DNA from: Elsinoe ampelina
Taxonomy: Eukaryota
Direction: 5' to 3'
Length of the DNA stretch: 64,000 bases
NCBI GenBank assembly: GCA_010093995.1
Contig: ML992505.1
Span: 1-64,000 of the forward strand
Part shown: one piece after another, positions 33,901-45,714 of the stretch
Position numbering within the stretch: the stretch's first letter is position 1
Layout of the letters: each line of letters starts with the position of its first letter
Made by a program: the position numbers and the translations under genes
The notes under the pieces: generated by a model
The model's database searches: none
Told to the model about the DNA's origin: nothing
The model's input: only the letters and a program-made list of their open reading frames with translations

Positions 33901-34280
33901 CTGCTCAACCTTCTCATGCACAGTCGGTACCTCATCCTCAGATCTATCACCCGCCCTCGACCCACAGTCCTGCACCGCCCGCACAGATGTCTGCCCCCAG
34001 TGGTGTCGCACCCACTTCACAACAGCCAGCAACGACTTCTGCGACTATCGATTTGACGGACAGTGCAAACGAAGTACGACCCACCGGTCAAGGGACAATG
34101 CCGACACCCGCACAGACAGGGCCTCCGACCGTCCCTGTCGCCAACGCAGCGCAACCTCCAGCTCCGCCCGCACCCATCGCTCCAATCCAGGCAGGACAAA
34201 CCCCAACAGCTGCCGTGAACGGCAAGAGGTCAGCCGATGAAGCCACCGACGAGCCTAATGCCAAGAGAGTGAAGGAGTAG
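30930..34280 (+). CDS. FHL1: Forkhead/FHA transcription factor Fhl1-like
   Basis: FHA (AYAKLQF.DG.FY....VELGR ... ISRKH..I.Y ... GKNGAF.DG), AT-hook KGPGRPPK, forkhead (KP..TY..LI ... L.QIY ... GWQSSIRHNL) and a Q/P-rich tail. Confidence 0.85.
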   Translation: MATTASNAPAAFGALQTPSFPQHSPYMTDGLVKTEYDPADGHPIAFPSSPLNVVAVNNAFDSDIVNQAEEIAPAPAPPRSSIDEMMGNLRRRSESTSVYHADMDLYSEAISTHMAESVKADLESYAAEEPAAVEPQPMQAYAKLQFDDGDFYVNTYAVELGRDQEAMKRERRHKKRAKKRQIMEEEGTRKAMPFGEDTPVQAAAAMRATAGSNVSESGGIIGVSVFSDSEDEHRNVRRRKRRGLTSQDSSHSQSIAPANILHNPESIGLGDDIFAEDSQSLAPPPMDCPFIPIYRSTDGVKGNGISRKHVRIEYNSEKAHWELHALGKNGAFIDGALVKQGESVKLNHQSHIQIQQISITFKLPDVAIADEEVAVESYESDSDAEKLDSSPETRLADRRGSGSLSEPEEEVPRERVKLKLSLSKRGQSLDKKTTKAAKISLKANKTKEAQTESLAVEEPELIEEMDVRPSVEENVSETKPPKPETNGIPATPAANLAPGSVLEGLAPEEIPQKRKGPGRPPKNGVMSKRDEAIIKRKKKELQKAGLEVPPLAELLAMARAESGTTTKKPNEEDGDGTGVNGTPGEGSAGVGEGSSKPQTQAEIEAAKARKMAAKSPSPQKPETEYTEEELKKPQKTYVVLIHDALCNSTTGIMDLQQIYDAIQKMYPYYKYRSQTMGWQSSIRHNLIGSDAFEEAGKIGKGRLWKINPNFDIGKEKKRRAQTPPISENRPPHMYQQHQQAQYNNNPNAPPQQQQQRYSQYGPSPYGTPYGPPTNALPNGARPPPSYAQQRNGNYYSPYAAQPQNGQATQSPYGAQSRPPHTQAPNSQSSATGTPQPPGQQRPNGSLPPPGTPGSHQTPPVGVPPPAGQSRPPQQQEGIGNNDTIEEIMSYHKKYLGQFRQGPEQDAARDLFRKAVSRHIDQNKVHGAYISEEEKKVADVIGEIITRNKNKPRPVVPQQTTPAQTQVTQQRPTNQAAQLPVNGQAPQPPVGSAQPSHAQSVPHPQIYHPPSTHSPAPPAQMSAPSGVAPTSQQPATTSATIDLTDSANEVRPTGQGTMPTPAQTGPPTVPVANAAQPPAPPAPIAPIQAGQTPTAAVNGKRSADEATDEPNAKRVKE

Positions 34281-34909
34281 TTTAGAAGAGAGCTTGTAGA
34301 GCAGAATCATAATTAATGAATGTATGAAGTGATGAATGATGTGAAGGTAAAGGAGGGAGGTGGTTTATGCTTTTGCTTTTGCACTGGAGAGTGCATAGGA
34401 GGCACTGGCAGGTGCACCACAGATAGATGTGCTCTGAGAACTTAGTTTGCTCTTCGGAAATGGGAAAGAATAGATTTTGAGATGTCAGTGCCAATACTCA
34501 TCCATCATGGCTTTGCCCTGCGTGCCTGCGTCCGTGACATCTTGGTGCTACACAACCCATGCCTGGATCAACTCCTACCACCGAATCGATGAGGAGCAAG
34601 CCAACCGGTACATGAAGACGCTGCACGGCACAAAAGAGCACCATTGGTCGTGTTATGCGATAATCGCAGCCGGTGAACAGCACGCAATGCATTATCCGAT
34701 GCTTTTACCATGTCCAGCTAATGCTACCGAGCATACCTTGCTCTCTGTACTCCTCAATCTGATCGCATTCCGTCCCTTGATATCGCCATGTTCCTCAGTT
34801 CAAACAAGTATACATCTGTACCCATCACTCTAGCCCTCGCCTCTCCGGCGTCCCTCCTCCCATGCTATTTCCCTTGCATCCCATCCTGATTTCCCCCGAC
34901 TCATCACCC

Positions 34910-37900
34910 CTATCTCCCCCCAGCCATCTTCTTCTGCACCATGAGCTTGAATCCATTCTTCAAGCTGCTCATATCAGGGTACTGATTCTTCTGCAACTCA
35001 AACGCATTCGGGATGACCTTGACCGGCCAACTGGCAGGGGGCGCATCCCTGCCCGCCTTGAAGCACAGATCAAAGTAACCCGGGAACTTGGAGTTGATGC
35101 AGAAGGCGTACATGCTTCGCTTGGGGTTGGCTTCGCAGTAGGTCTTGAGCCAGGTTTCTGTTACAGTATTAGCCATGCTTCCTTGCAGGGGAGAAGTGGT
35201 AATTACCAGTCTGGCTCCTACTCCCGCTCTGGAAGCGCTCGTCATTCATCATCTCTTCCACTTTCTTGGCCATGGCTTTCACGTGAAGCACGATCAATTC
35301 GTCCAAGTCGCTGTAGCTCAACTTGCCTCCAACTTTGAGTATGCGGCCGACGGAGAACTCATTTTCCTTGTCTAGCTCGAGGACATCAATGTGCTGGTAG
35401 ATGCCCTCTGCCACTTTCCAGGTCACCGCAAGGTGGTCGAGACCTTTGCTCGACGGTCGGATCACGACGTCTCCACGGTTCTGACTGCCGAGATATTCTT
35501 GTGCTTGGGGACCGTTGAAAGGTCGATAGAGAGGGTGCTTGATGACTCTTTGGGCGCGCCCGGTCTTGTCGTCGCGGCCACGTTCGAGGTCTCGCTTGTC
35601 GCGTGCTTCCTGGTCGATGTCCCATACGTCTTGCTCGTGGTCGTATTCCTTGCGGAATTTCTTACGGAGGTCTTCTTCGCGGATCGTGAGAGTGGCTGAG
35701 AAGTGCTTCCTGTCGAGACGCTCAAGCTTGGCTTGGATCGTTTGATGCGGTTGCCACACGTTACGTGGATCTTGCTCACCAGGTCCGATGCCGGGCGGGA
35801 AGCTGCTGTCAGAAATGCTCCCGTCAAGACCACAGTCAAGACGGACTTCGATCTGTGAGGAGAAGACTCGGCGGATGGAGACTGGGATAATCATGCCTTC
35901 TTGAAGAGACTCGTTGGTCTCACCGGTGAGCATTGTGAAGATCTCATCTGCCGCAAGGAAGTAGAATGGTTGGCGGAGTTCTTCATAGGGTTGCTGAAGG
36001 TCATTTCGGATGAGCTCGAGGGTGGCTTTCTTCTTGAGCCCGAACTTGCGGAAGATCTCCTCTGCGTAGTCGTCCAGTAAGAGATCGTCAAGCTTCTCCT
36101 TCGCATCGTCCTTGATCAATTTCCTTACCAGTGCATTCGGGCCGTTCTCTTCTTGTTCTGCCTTGATGTCTTCTTCGTCCAGGTCAAGAGTATCTGCAAC
36201 GATCTTGCGGGCGGTATCATAGTCCTCGGGATGCACACGGGTGTTGTCGAGGTAGTCTGCTTCAGGCTCCGTATCATCGTAATTGATGTAGATGAAGCTG
36301 GCACAGTTCTCAAACACCTTGGGACCGACTGCAGGACGCTTGCCTCTATCAATGTCGCCGACAAGTTCCTCTCGTGTGGTGACTTCACCGCCGTTTCTGT
36401 TGATGGTTTGCAGCATCTGTGCAGCTTTGCGAGGGCCGAGACCGCAGACATACTGTAGCAAGTTTGCTGTGTACGGGTCTGTCAATGCTTCGTTGATGTC
36501 GATACCTACGAGATTCACGATTTCGATGATAGCCATCTCAAGGTTCTTGATGACCTTCTCCTGCGGGATGAGACCCTGGTGTGGGCTGAAGGTAATTGAG
36601 ATGATGTCCTTGCCGAGAGCAGCATATTCCTTGAGCGGGCTTTGCATGTATCTGGCGAGAGCTATGCAATACCTTGCCATTGGCGGAAGCAACGGGAACT
36701 CGGCGTGAGCACGTTCGCTCGTGTGGTAAAGCCTTGCAACCTCATCGTTGGTCATGATAACATCGAGGCGGTCGCTGGTGTCGTTTCCATCCTCGTCCTC
36801 GAACGGTGTGCCACGAAGGTCTTTCTGCTCCACGATCTCCTGCAAATCCTTGAAGAGCCTGCGTGTTTCCACCGACCAGCCAGACAAAGAGATGACATCC
36901 GGCTTGCGTCGATTAACGATGTCGACGAAGACTGCCACATCTTTACCCTCGGGTATGTACTTCTCAGGGTTGCCCATCTTCAGATCACTGAACTTGCCGT
37001 TCTCGAGAGCTCGCCCGTTCTCGTCCACGTAAGCCCAGCAAGTCGCATCACCGCGAGCACCGGCGCCATTTGACAGCGCAAGGACACGAGGAATGGTTCC
37101 GGAGATCATTCCTTTCGGCTTGTACGGTGCTTGGTCTAGCTTGTTGGCGTATTCGTTGCGGCACTTCTCGGCAATCTTCGACTCGCACTCGGTGCGTAGC
37201 GATTCTTTGCATCCCTTGACGATCAATCTTGAAAGTCGTTGGATTGCCATGTCTACCACTTCGCGGCGGAGCTTGTTCCAGGCGTCAGCTGCTTCACTGA
37301 CATTGTCGGATTCAATCTGCTCATAGAGTGTGTCGCGGAAGCGTTTCGGGCTTTGCAGGCGGAGCGTGATTTCGATCAGACCTTCCTCTTCGGCCTTGAG
37401 CATTCGAAGGAAAAGGTCGGGTTCGCGGACAAGTCGGCCAAATTCCTGATTCTTGAGGTACTTGAATTCGTAGTATGGATGCTCCTCGTCAATGCGCCGT
37501 AGACCCTTTTCTGTCCGAGTACAATCGAAGACACCATCGGTATAGAAAGTTTGTCGAGTAAGTTTCCGCATGCGAGGACTCATGGCCATTTCCTCAGCGT
37601 ACATCGACTTGGCGGCTGAAAGAACGGAGTTGCCAGTGCTGAAACCATCAGCTGCGTCGACCAACCCGTCAGCCATGTCATCGGGTCGCTCAGATGGATC
37701 CTCGGTATAGATACGCTTCCCGGCCTTCAACGCATTCTGTGCAACTGCGTCTGCTGTGATGCCGAACGATCGCACCATGTGGTATGCCCGACTTGCTCTG
37801 ACACGGTCCCAAGCATGTCGCGTAGCACCCGCACGCTTGTACGTGCCGTTGGTGCCGTTTGTCCCATTGACTCCGTTGCTGTCGACGTCCATGGCTTCCG

Positions 37901-39283
37901 CGTCCTTCAACTGCACGCTGTACTGGAAGTGTAAATAGTCCTGAATATCCTGAAGTTCTTCCATAATCTGAGCGGCAGGGACCATCTCATCGAAGAGATC
38001 GTCCTCCACGCCTTGAGCTTTGAGCCTCTCGTATGACCGCATCAACGAGTCGCGCTTCTCCACCAGTCCGCGGAACTTCAAGTCAAGCTCGCAGATTTCC
38101 CAGAGGTCAGCCGGCTGAAGAAGTCGTGAAGCCTTGATCTCGAATCCTTCTTTGCCAGGATTGTTCGGGTCGGGTGATGTGGGGATTCGTTCTTCGTGAA
38201 TGAGGTAGTCCTTCCGATTGTGCAAGACGAACGGGACTTCCAACTGATCGACAGTCATGAAGCGCAGGACATTCTTCACAGTGCTCTCGAAAGGTCCGAG
38301 CATGTCGCTTCCCAGTCGGCGCTTTGGCAGCATGAGAGCGCACATCCAGGATGCTTCTTGTTGTAATCGCTCCTCTTGCTCTTCCGGTGTAAGATCAAGC
38401 TCTTTGAACGCCTTGCGCTGAATCTGATATCGCTCCGGGATATCGGCCGCTCTGATAACATTGTCCTCATCCGTCAACATCTTGTCGACCAGCTGTGACG
38501 GCTCAAACACATCCTTCAACTCGAGAATCTTGTCGGGATCATCGTGTTCGGCTTCTGCTTGATCCTGTAGCTCCAATGCCCAGTCGTATTCCGTGCCGTC
38601 GCCGAAAGCTGCCATCATGTCTTCTTGAGCGGCTTCGTCCAGTCCGCCGCGGAGCTTGAGCGGGTCGACGAAGCCCCTTCTCGATGGTCGCGCGACTTCG
38701 GCTTCTTCGCGCAGAGCATCGGCCTCGTCGTCTGGGAATTCATCCTCCTCAATGAAGTCGTCGAATTCGTCGGCTAGACCTCGCCCGATGCCTCGCCTCT
38801 CTGCCTGTGCATCCTCGTCGTCATCAAAGATATCCTCCAAGCCTCGAGATTCTGCACGATCTCTGTCTTCGCGGTGTCCTCGCTTCAGGCGCTTGAACTT
38901 GGACTTTTCCTCGCTCCGGTCTTCGTGTCCAAGACCGATCAGATCCAGATCGTCCTCATCGAGTACATCCTCATCTTCGCGATCTTCCCGTGGTCGCTTC
39001 TTCTTCTTCTTGCGTCGTTCACGATCTCCTTCATCCTCATCTTCGTCGATGATGAAGCCTTCGGCAATCTATAGTTGTCAAACACGTTCCCATGGATGTA
39101 TCATGTTCGAAGACTTACCCTGCGCTGCTCCTCTTCATCGTCATCGTCATCCTCCTCCTCGCTAGAGTCCTCCACAGTCTTCTTCTTGGCTGGCTTATCT
39201 GGCTCCCCGGTCTCCTCGTCATAATCATCGTCCTCTTCCTCACTACCAAGAGCAGCGTCTAGATCGAAGTATGAGTTCGCCAT
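34910..39283 (-). CDS. SPT6: Transcription elongation factor/histone chaperone Spt6
   Basis: Acidic N-terminus, DIPER.Q, GLGPRKA Hh[13 protein letters not shown]1 and tandem SH2 (IRPSSKG.DHL.VTWKV). Introns 39118-39069 and 35206-35158. Confidence 0.96.
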
Positions 39284-40177
39284 GATTGCTTTCCGTCAAG
39301 GACTCGTTGATGGCTGATATCGCGACCTTGTGGTGGAGGTGAGTGAAGATCCAGGGACCGTTTGAGATATTGATGTCGGATCTAATCGTGGTAGTGCAAG
39401 GAGTGTCTGCCCTCTTGGGCTATTTGAGAATGCGCCAATCCAGGTCCTTTCCCATACTCGGGTGATTGGTGATGTGTCCAATGGATGGAAGAGGTGAGAT
39501 GTCGATCGATCGTAATGCTCGTGAAGTTCAATGCGCGACCTTTGCGCACGCGTTGATTTGTCCTTGTCAGCTGCACAAAAATCCAAAGATGGAGCTCCAG
39601 AATGCACGACTGAGCACAAGTCTTGGCAAATCGGGAGGCTCCTGACGTGAGGGCTTGGCGGGTGACAGTGCTTCGGTCGACTTCATCCAATGCAACGGTG
39701 CGGGACGGAGACCACTGTCATCGTTGCCGACTCGTCTCACCCACTCTTCTCTTCAATTGACTGATGTTGGACGGCCGAACAATTGCCTCACATACTGCGA
39801 CTAGACTTCAGATCCGAATCACCGTTCACCCCATCTCAACAGCGGCTAACTCCTGAGCTCCGCACACGTAGCTGTTGCCCAACAGCGTCTATCAGACTGT
39901 CATACGAGCCTCGGATCACTGGAGTACAGCGATTGCCTGCATTTGACCGTCAGGTCAAGCCATTCTGCCGCCGAAAGACGCCTGAGTTTCCAAACCCTGC
40001 ATGAGCTGAGTCCGGTGCCGCTGCCTTCGACAAGCATTCTTGGGACGTCCTTCCACAAGCGACGGACTGCGCTACCGCATCGCCAGACACCCTCTTGGAA
40101 TATCCGGAGTGATCCCAAGACTAACAGGCCACCAAGTTAAAGCCAGTCTGGTCTGGTGAAAGGCAAGACCACTCATC

Positions 40178-41842
40178 ATGTCAGCCGACGCCTTCAAGAC
40201 GCGGACGATGAAGCGGAAGAATGTCAAAGGTCTCGCTTTGAACGCCGCACCGCCGGCCCCGGTCCCTTCATCAGAAGACTCCCAAATACCTGGAGGGCTC
40301 GGGAATGACGACAAGAGAGGGGACACACTTGAGATCGGAGTTGAATTCAGGCTGGACCTGCGCAGTGAAGATCTACAGGTCATTAAAGAGCTAGGAGCAG
40401 GCAACGGTGGTACAGTCAGCAAGGTCATGCACACAGCGACTCAAGTCATCATGGCGCGAAAGGTTGTGTCCCCATGTACACTGTTCGGATGTGGTAACTG
40501 ACGACGGAGCAGATCATCCATGTCGAAACGAAGAAGGAAATCCGGAAACGAATTGTGCGAGAGCTGCAAATCATGCACGAGTGCAACTCGCCAAACATTG
40601 TCTCATTTTATGGAGCTTTCTTGAACGACAGTGGGGACGTCGTAATGTGCATGGAATACATGGACTGCGGGTAAGCCAGGGCATCAGTCTTGTCGATCAG
40701 CACCTCTGACATACTTTCAGATCGTTAGACAGCATATCAAAGAACTTTGGACCTGTACGGGTGGATGTCCTTGGAAAGATTGCAGTAGCAGTCCTTGGTG
40801 GTCTGACATACCTGTGGCGGACACATCGCATCATGCATCGGGACATTAAGCCCTCGAACGTGCTCGTCAACTCTCAGGGACAAATCAAGCTTTGCGATTT
40901 TGGTGTTTCCAGCGAGCTCGACAATTCGGTAGCAGACACTTTTGTGGGTACAGGCACGTACATGGCGCCAGAACGGATCCAAGGATCGCCATATACAGTC
41001 AAATCCGACGTCTGGTCCGTCGGTCTGACTCTTATGGAACTTGCGATCGGGAAATTCCCGTTCGGCACTTCAGGCGATTCAGACGACGAGCCAGGTGGAC
41101 CGCAAGGTATTCTAGATCTTCTGCAGCAGATTGTACTCGAACCAGCACCCAAGCTGCCCAAATCGGACGCCTTCCCAAGAATCTTGGAAGATGCCATTGC
41201 GAAATGCTTGATGAAGGATCCGGATCAGCGACCAACACCACAAGAGCTATACGTAAGTACTGATCTCAACCTCTGCCAATTTCGTCGAGCTGACCAAACC
41301 AGGAATCTGATTCCTTCCTGCAAGCAGCCAAGCGGACGCCAGTTGACATCCAAGCATGGGCGGTCGGCATGATGGAGCGCCACAACCGCAAATCGCACCT
41401 TGCCCCACAACTCTCGCCGTCGACGAAATCACTCCTGCGGGGTACGGACGACAAGTCCTCCACCTCATCATCTCGGACACCACGGATCCCGACTCCACCG
41501 TCAAGCAGTGCAGGAGATATTCCAATACAAGGCATCAAGATCTCTCCAGGGACTAGTTCTAATGGAAACAGAGATCGCGATCGAGAGCGAGAGCGAGACC
41601 GCGAGAGGGAGAGGGAAAGGGAACGACCTCGACCTTCGTACCCGGAACGGACGAGTAGTGCACAAGTACCTGGCCAACTTCCGATGCAAGGCCAAGGAAC
41701 AATGAGTCTACCTATCCGAACAGTTCCAGGATCGAGAGAAGGAGGAAGCAATGGAGATTTTGGTGGGCGAACGTACAAGATCAGAGGATCTGGAAGTGAT
41801 CCTCGACTAAGGGAGGCTGCCAGAGCTGACGGAGGGCGGTGA
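40178..41842 (+). CDS. STE7: MAP kinase kinase Ste7
   Basis: Docking site [31 protein letters not shown], activation loop SVADTFVGT. Introns 40463-40512, 40671-40720, 41253-41302. The 3' end is less certain. Confidence 0.92.
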
Positions 41843-42271
41843 TACATGAAAGTCCAATCGAGGTCGTGAGAATAGCAGGGCCAGTAACCGAGGCGGCTGA
41901 AGAGAGAAGTCAGCAGCAAGTCGAGATCGGGCGCAGGTCGTTCGCACAAGGAGCGTGTCAAGGAAGCGGGATGGGACAGCCGACAGTGAGAGACATTGCA
42001 TATGGATGTGAATATACCCGAACCCGCATTCAGGCATCTACGGCGCAGGGAAGCAGGACAGAGGCGTGGAGGGTTGGACGAGTGTAGAGAAATGCATTTT
42101 GATAACCATTGCCTGCCTATCTCTCTGCTCAACTCTTCGAAGGATGATAGATACAAACCAATGCGAGCATTATCCCCGATTCCCTACCGGCCAGCATGGC
42201 CATGAACCATTTCCTTGTTCGGCCCCCGTTGATCAACGTCTCTCCCAGTCACTGAGGATGACCAGAAGAGC

Positions 42272-43764
42272 TTACTGTTTCCCCAAGGTCGCTCCATTCA
42301 TCCAAGCCATAAACGCCGCAGGGTTCCTCGTCTGCATGTACACGGTTCCTGGTCCGGTAAACTTGCACACCAACCCCTCACCAGCCGACATATCTGAAAT
42401 GATGCCGCCACTCGCTACCCGCTCAAGATTGTACTTGCAGTTCCACGCCACCAAATGACCATTGTCGATAATATACTTCTCACCCTCCCTCAACTGTCAC
42501 AACATCGTCAGCCAAATATTCCAACACAAACAGAGGACAAGTGATACTCACATCCCTCCTCAATATCGCCCCAAAGCTCGCCACCCACACAATCCCCGTC
42601 CCATTCATGGTATAAGTCCACAGCCCCTCCCCACTAAACAACGCCTTGCCCAACGTCTGACTCTTCATATCCTTGACCACCCCCTGGGTAGTCGCAACCC
42701 AAGCATCCCTCCCCACGCGCCAGGTGCTCTTCCCATCCAACCTCAACGCCACTACATCGCCCAACGTATGCGGAGCGAGCAACAACTCCCCGGGCCCCGT
42801 GTAGGTCGACTGCGTGATGGTTCCCCCGGCGAGGAGTTTCTTGAAGTTGAACTTGACTGACCCGCTCACGGTGAGGGTGGGGGACATGCCGATCATGACG
42901 CCGGGACGGACGATGAGGGGGCAGTTGATGGCGAGTTGGAGGGTGAGGAGCGTGTTGGTGCTGCGGTGGGAGATGCGGTAGGAGCCGCCGTTGAAGGTGC
43001 CTACGTCGTCCGGGTTGGCGGCCGGGGTGGCTGAGGCGGAGGCGGAGGCGGAGGGCTGCGTGGCGATGGAGACGGGGGTAGGGGAGAGGTTCATGGAGGC
43101 GAATTCTTTGTCGAGTGGAGGGGATTGGGGTGGGGAGGCATATCCTGATTGGCGGTGTTGGAGGTAGGGTTGATGCTGTTGCGGTTGTTGGGGAGGTGGG
43201 GTGAAGGTGGTTTGCTGAGGTGGTGGGGAGTGGAACGCGGTTTGAGTCGGTGGTGGGGAGTGGAAAGTAGTTTGTGTCGGTGGTGGGGGGTGGAATGTGG
43301 TCTGCTGTGGTGGGGGAGAGTAAACCTGTTGCTGCTGAGGCGGTTGTTGGTACTGCTGCTGTACTACAGGAGGCTGATGCTGTGTTTGCTGAGGTGGAGG
43401 TGTGAACTCGGGCTCCTGATGCTGGGTTGGTGGGGTGTATAGCCGCGAGCTGTGGTGCTGCTGTGGCTGAGGTGGGGGTGTATACTGCTCTTGCGGTAGT
43501 GGAGGCGATACATTGTAGGAATTTCTGTTGTCATTGAACTCTCCTGGTGGAGGGTAATACTGCGTATGCGATCCAGAAGAACCCCCGTACGCTTGTGACT
43601 GCTGCGACTGGCTCTCTGATCCTGGCGGAGGATAATATGCTTGGTGAGCAGGAGGGGAAGAAGGTTGTCCGTCCGAGGGAGCTAATGTATGGTCAGTTGC
43701 ATGTATGAGAGCCAAGTGGGAGAGACTGCTTACGGGGATAGTATGCTGTATGCGCCGTAGACAT
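42272..43764 (-). CDS. AIM24/DUF124-family protein with a long Pro/Gln-rich N-terminus
   Basis: [63 protein letters not shown]. Introns 43733-43682 and 42551-42494. Confidence 0.85.
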
Positions 43765-44334
43765 ATCGAGTATGTTGTCTTCTAGGCTGATGTTTCGTGA
43801 TACGCGCGTAGGTGCTGTCTGCTGGAGGTGTTTCCTTTGCTCAAGCTGAAAATGTATGTCGGGAGAGAGGAAAGATGTCAGACCTGCAGCGACCTACCTA
43901 TCTTTGGGGTCTATCCGCGCCTCAGCTGCTTTAGCACCTGCGTGCAGCCATTGGTAGAATTGATGCATGTAAGCGCGGTCGCATGTCAGGGTCGTCGTGT
44001 CCGGCATGAGATCCGACAGGGTCAAAGTGGGGTGAAATGCTGGGCGGCGCTTACAGTGAGCTTTGACCATTTGTTGATGGAGCTCTGGCCAGGTGTGTAC
44101 CATGTCACACATCTTCGACCGAGTAATGAACAAAATGCGACGGAGACCTCGTGGCAGTCTTGGGAATGCAATTCATGACAAAACTACGTGACCTAAACAG
44201 GACAGACTCTATACTCCTAGACCCCAATCTCTCCAAACCATCATTTGGCATCTTCACCCGACTTTGAATTCAGGGCGCATGCTCTGTCTTATTCATGACC
44301 TGTCCTTGCCTTACCATTGACTGGCAAAGAAATC

Positions 44335-45714
44335 TCAAGACGTCGACAGGGGATCTACATCATCACTGCCCCTCTTGCTGGGGTCGTTACGCCTCATGAT
44401 ACTCTCGACCGGACCGAGAAGTCTCTGGAAACCGTCCTTGCCCAACATGGCGACCTTGACCTCCGTTTCTGAGATGACGCTGGCAGCTCGTGGCTTGTCG
44501 TCGAGCAGGGCAAGCTCACCAAAGTAGTCACCAGGCTTGTACTCCTTGAGCATGTCATCGTTGCCTCTCTTGTACACGGCCGCACTGCCACTCTCCAAGA
44601 TGTAGAAATGTGCACCGACGTCTCCCTCCTTGATGATAGTCGTATTTGCGGGGTACTTTTGTGTCTCGAGAGCATCTGCAATCTTGCTGCGCTCGTACGG
44701 TGTGAGTGTGGACAGAAGCGGGACGCTGTCAAGGAAAGATTCGTACATCCTGCGACGTTGGAATGCAGAGTCCATCAGAATGCGACGGAAGGTGACACGA
44801 TCGAGCTGCCACAGGATGGAAGGACCAGTGCTGACCACGCTGGCGGCGCGAGGAGCGTTGTACATGAGAGCCAGCTCACCGAAGGAGCTACCTGCTGGGG
44901 AGCTGCCGACCTTCTTGCCCAAGCCGTCCGCACCAGCCTCTCTCTTGCCAGTAGAGTTGACGTAGATGTCAAAGACACCGCTCTCAACGACGTAGAAATA
45001 ATCGCCAACGTCTCCTTGTGTGATGACTGAAACGTCCTTTGCCGGAATCTTTCTCTCCTGAAGTGCGCCCAAGACCTGTGCGCTCTGCTCGTCGTCGAGA
45101 TGGGTGAACAAGAAGTTGGAGGAGACGGCAGCACGGAGACGATTCTCCTGCTCGGCCGTCTTGGGATATCGGGGAGGCTTCCAGTTGTTCTCGTCGCCAG
45201 TTGACGGCGCGAGGGACTCGGCGGAGACAGAGGTCCTACGATTGAGGTTGTAATTTTGTGGGAAGGACTGGGGTGCATCTGTCGCTCCAGCACTTGCAGA
45301 TGGCGGAGGGTTGTCTCTAGAAGCCTGGCCTGGTGTAAAACCAAAATTGCCAAAGGTTGATTGACCTGATGTAGGACCCCCACCACTATTGTTCCTGGCT
45401 GGTGGGGGAAAGTTGGCAGATGTGGGCGATGCAAAGACATCCGTCTCCTCCTCCTCCTCTAGACGTGACATGTTGGCATTGGCATTGCCGCCGCTGGTCG
45501 CACTGAAAGGATTGCCGCCTGGGAAGCTGTGCTCTGCCATGCCAGAACCCGTCTTGCTGGAATGCTGCTGGTTGAGCAGAGATTCGACACGCTGCGAGGC
45601 AAGACGACGTTGGAAGTAGTCTGCGCAGAATTGGAGAATGTCCTGAGGGTTTTGCTTGAGAACTTCGCGTTCGAGCGAAGCGATCTCGTGAGTGTAGGTG
45701 GATGGGAGAGACAT
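44335..45714 (-). CDS. PKAR: cAMP-dependent protein kinase regulatory subunit
   Basis: D/D domain (P.DILQFCADYF), inhibitor site RRTSVSAES, two cAMP cassettes FGELALMYNAPRAAS and FGELALLDDKPRAAS; ATG at 45714. Confidence 0.96.
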   Translation of the reverse strand: MSLPSTYTHEIASLEREVLKQNPQDILQFCADYFQRRLASQRVESLLNQQHSSKTGSGMAEHSFPGGNPFSATSGGNANANMSRLEEEEETDVFASPTSANFPPPARNNSGGGPTSGQSTFGNFGFTPGQASRDNPPPSASAGATDAPQSFPQNYNLNRRTSVSAESLAPSTGDENNWKPPRYPKTAEQENRLRAAVSSNFLFTHLDDEQSAQVLGALQERKIPAKDVSVITQGDVGDYFYVVESGVFDIYVNSTGKREAGADGLGKKVGSSPAGSSFGELALMYNAPRAASVVSTGPSILWQLDRVTFRRILMDSAFQRRRMYESFLDSVPLLSTLTPYERSKIADALETQKYPANTTIIKEGDVGAHFYILESGSAAVYKRGNDDMLKEYKPGDYFGELALLDDKPRAASVISETEVKVAMLGKDGFQRLLGPVESIMRRNDPSKRGSDDVDPLSTS

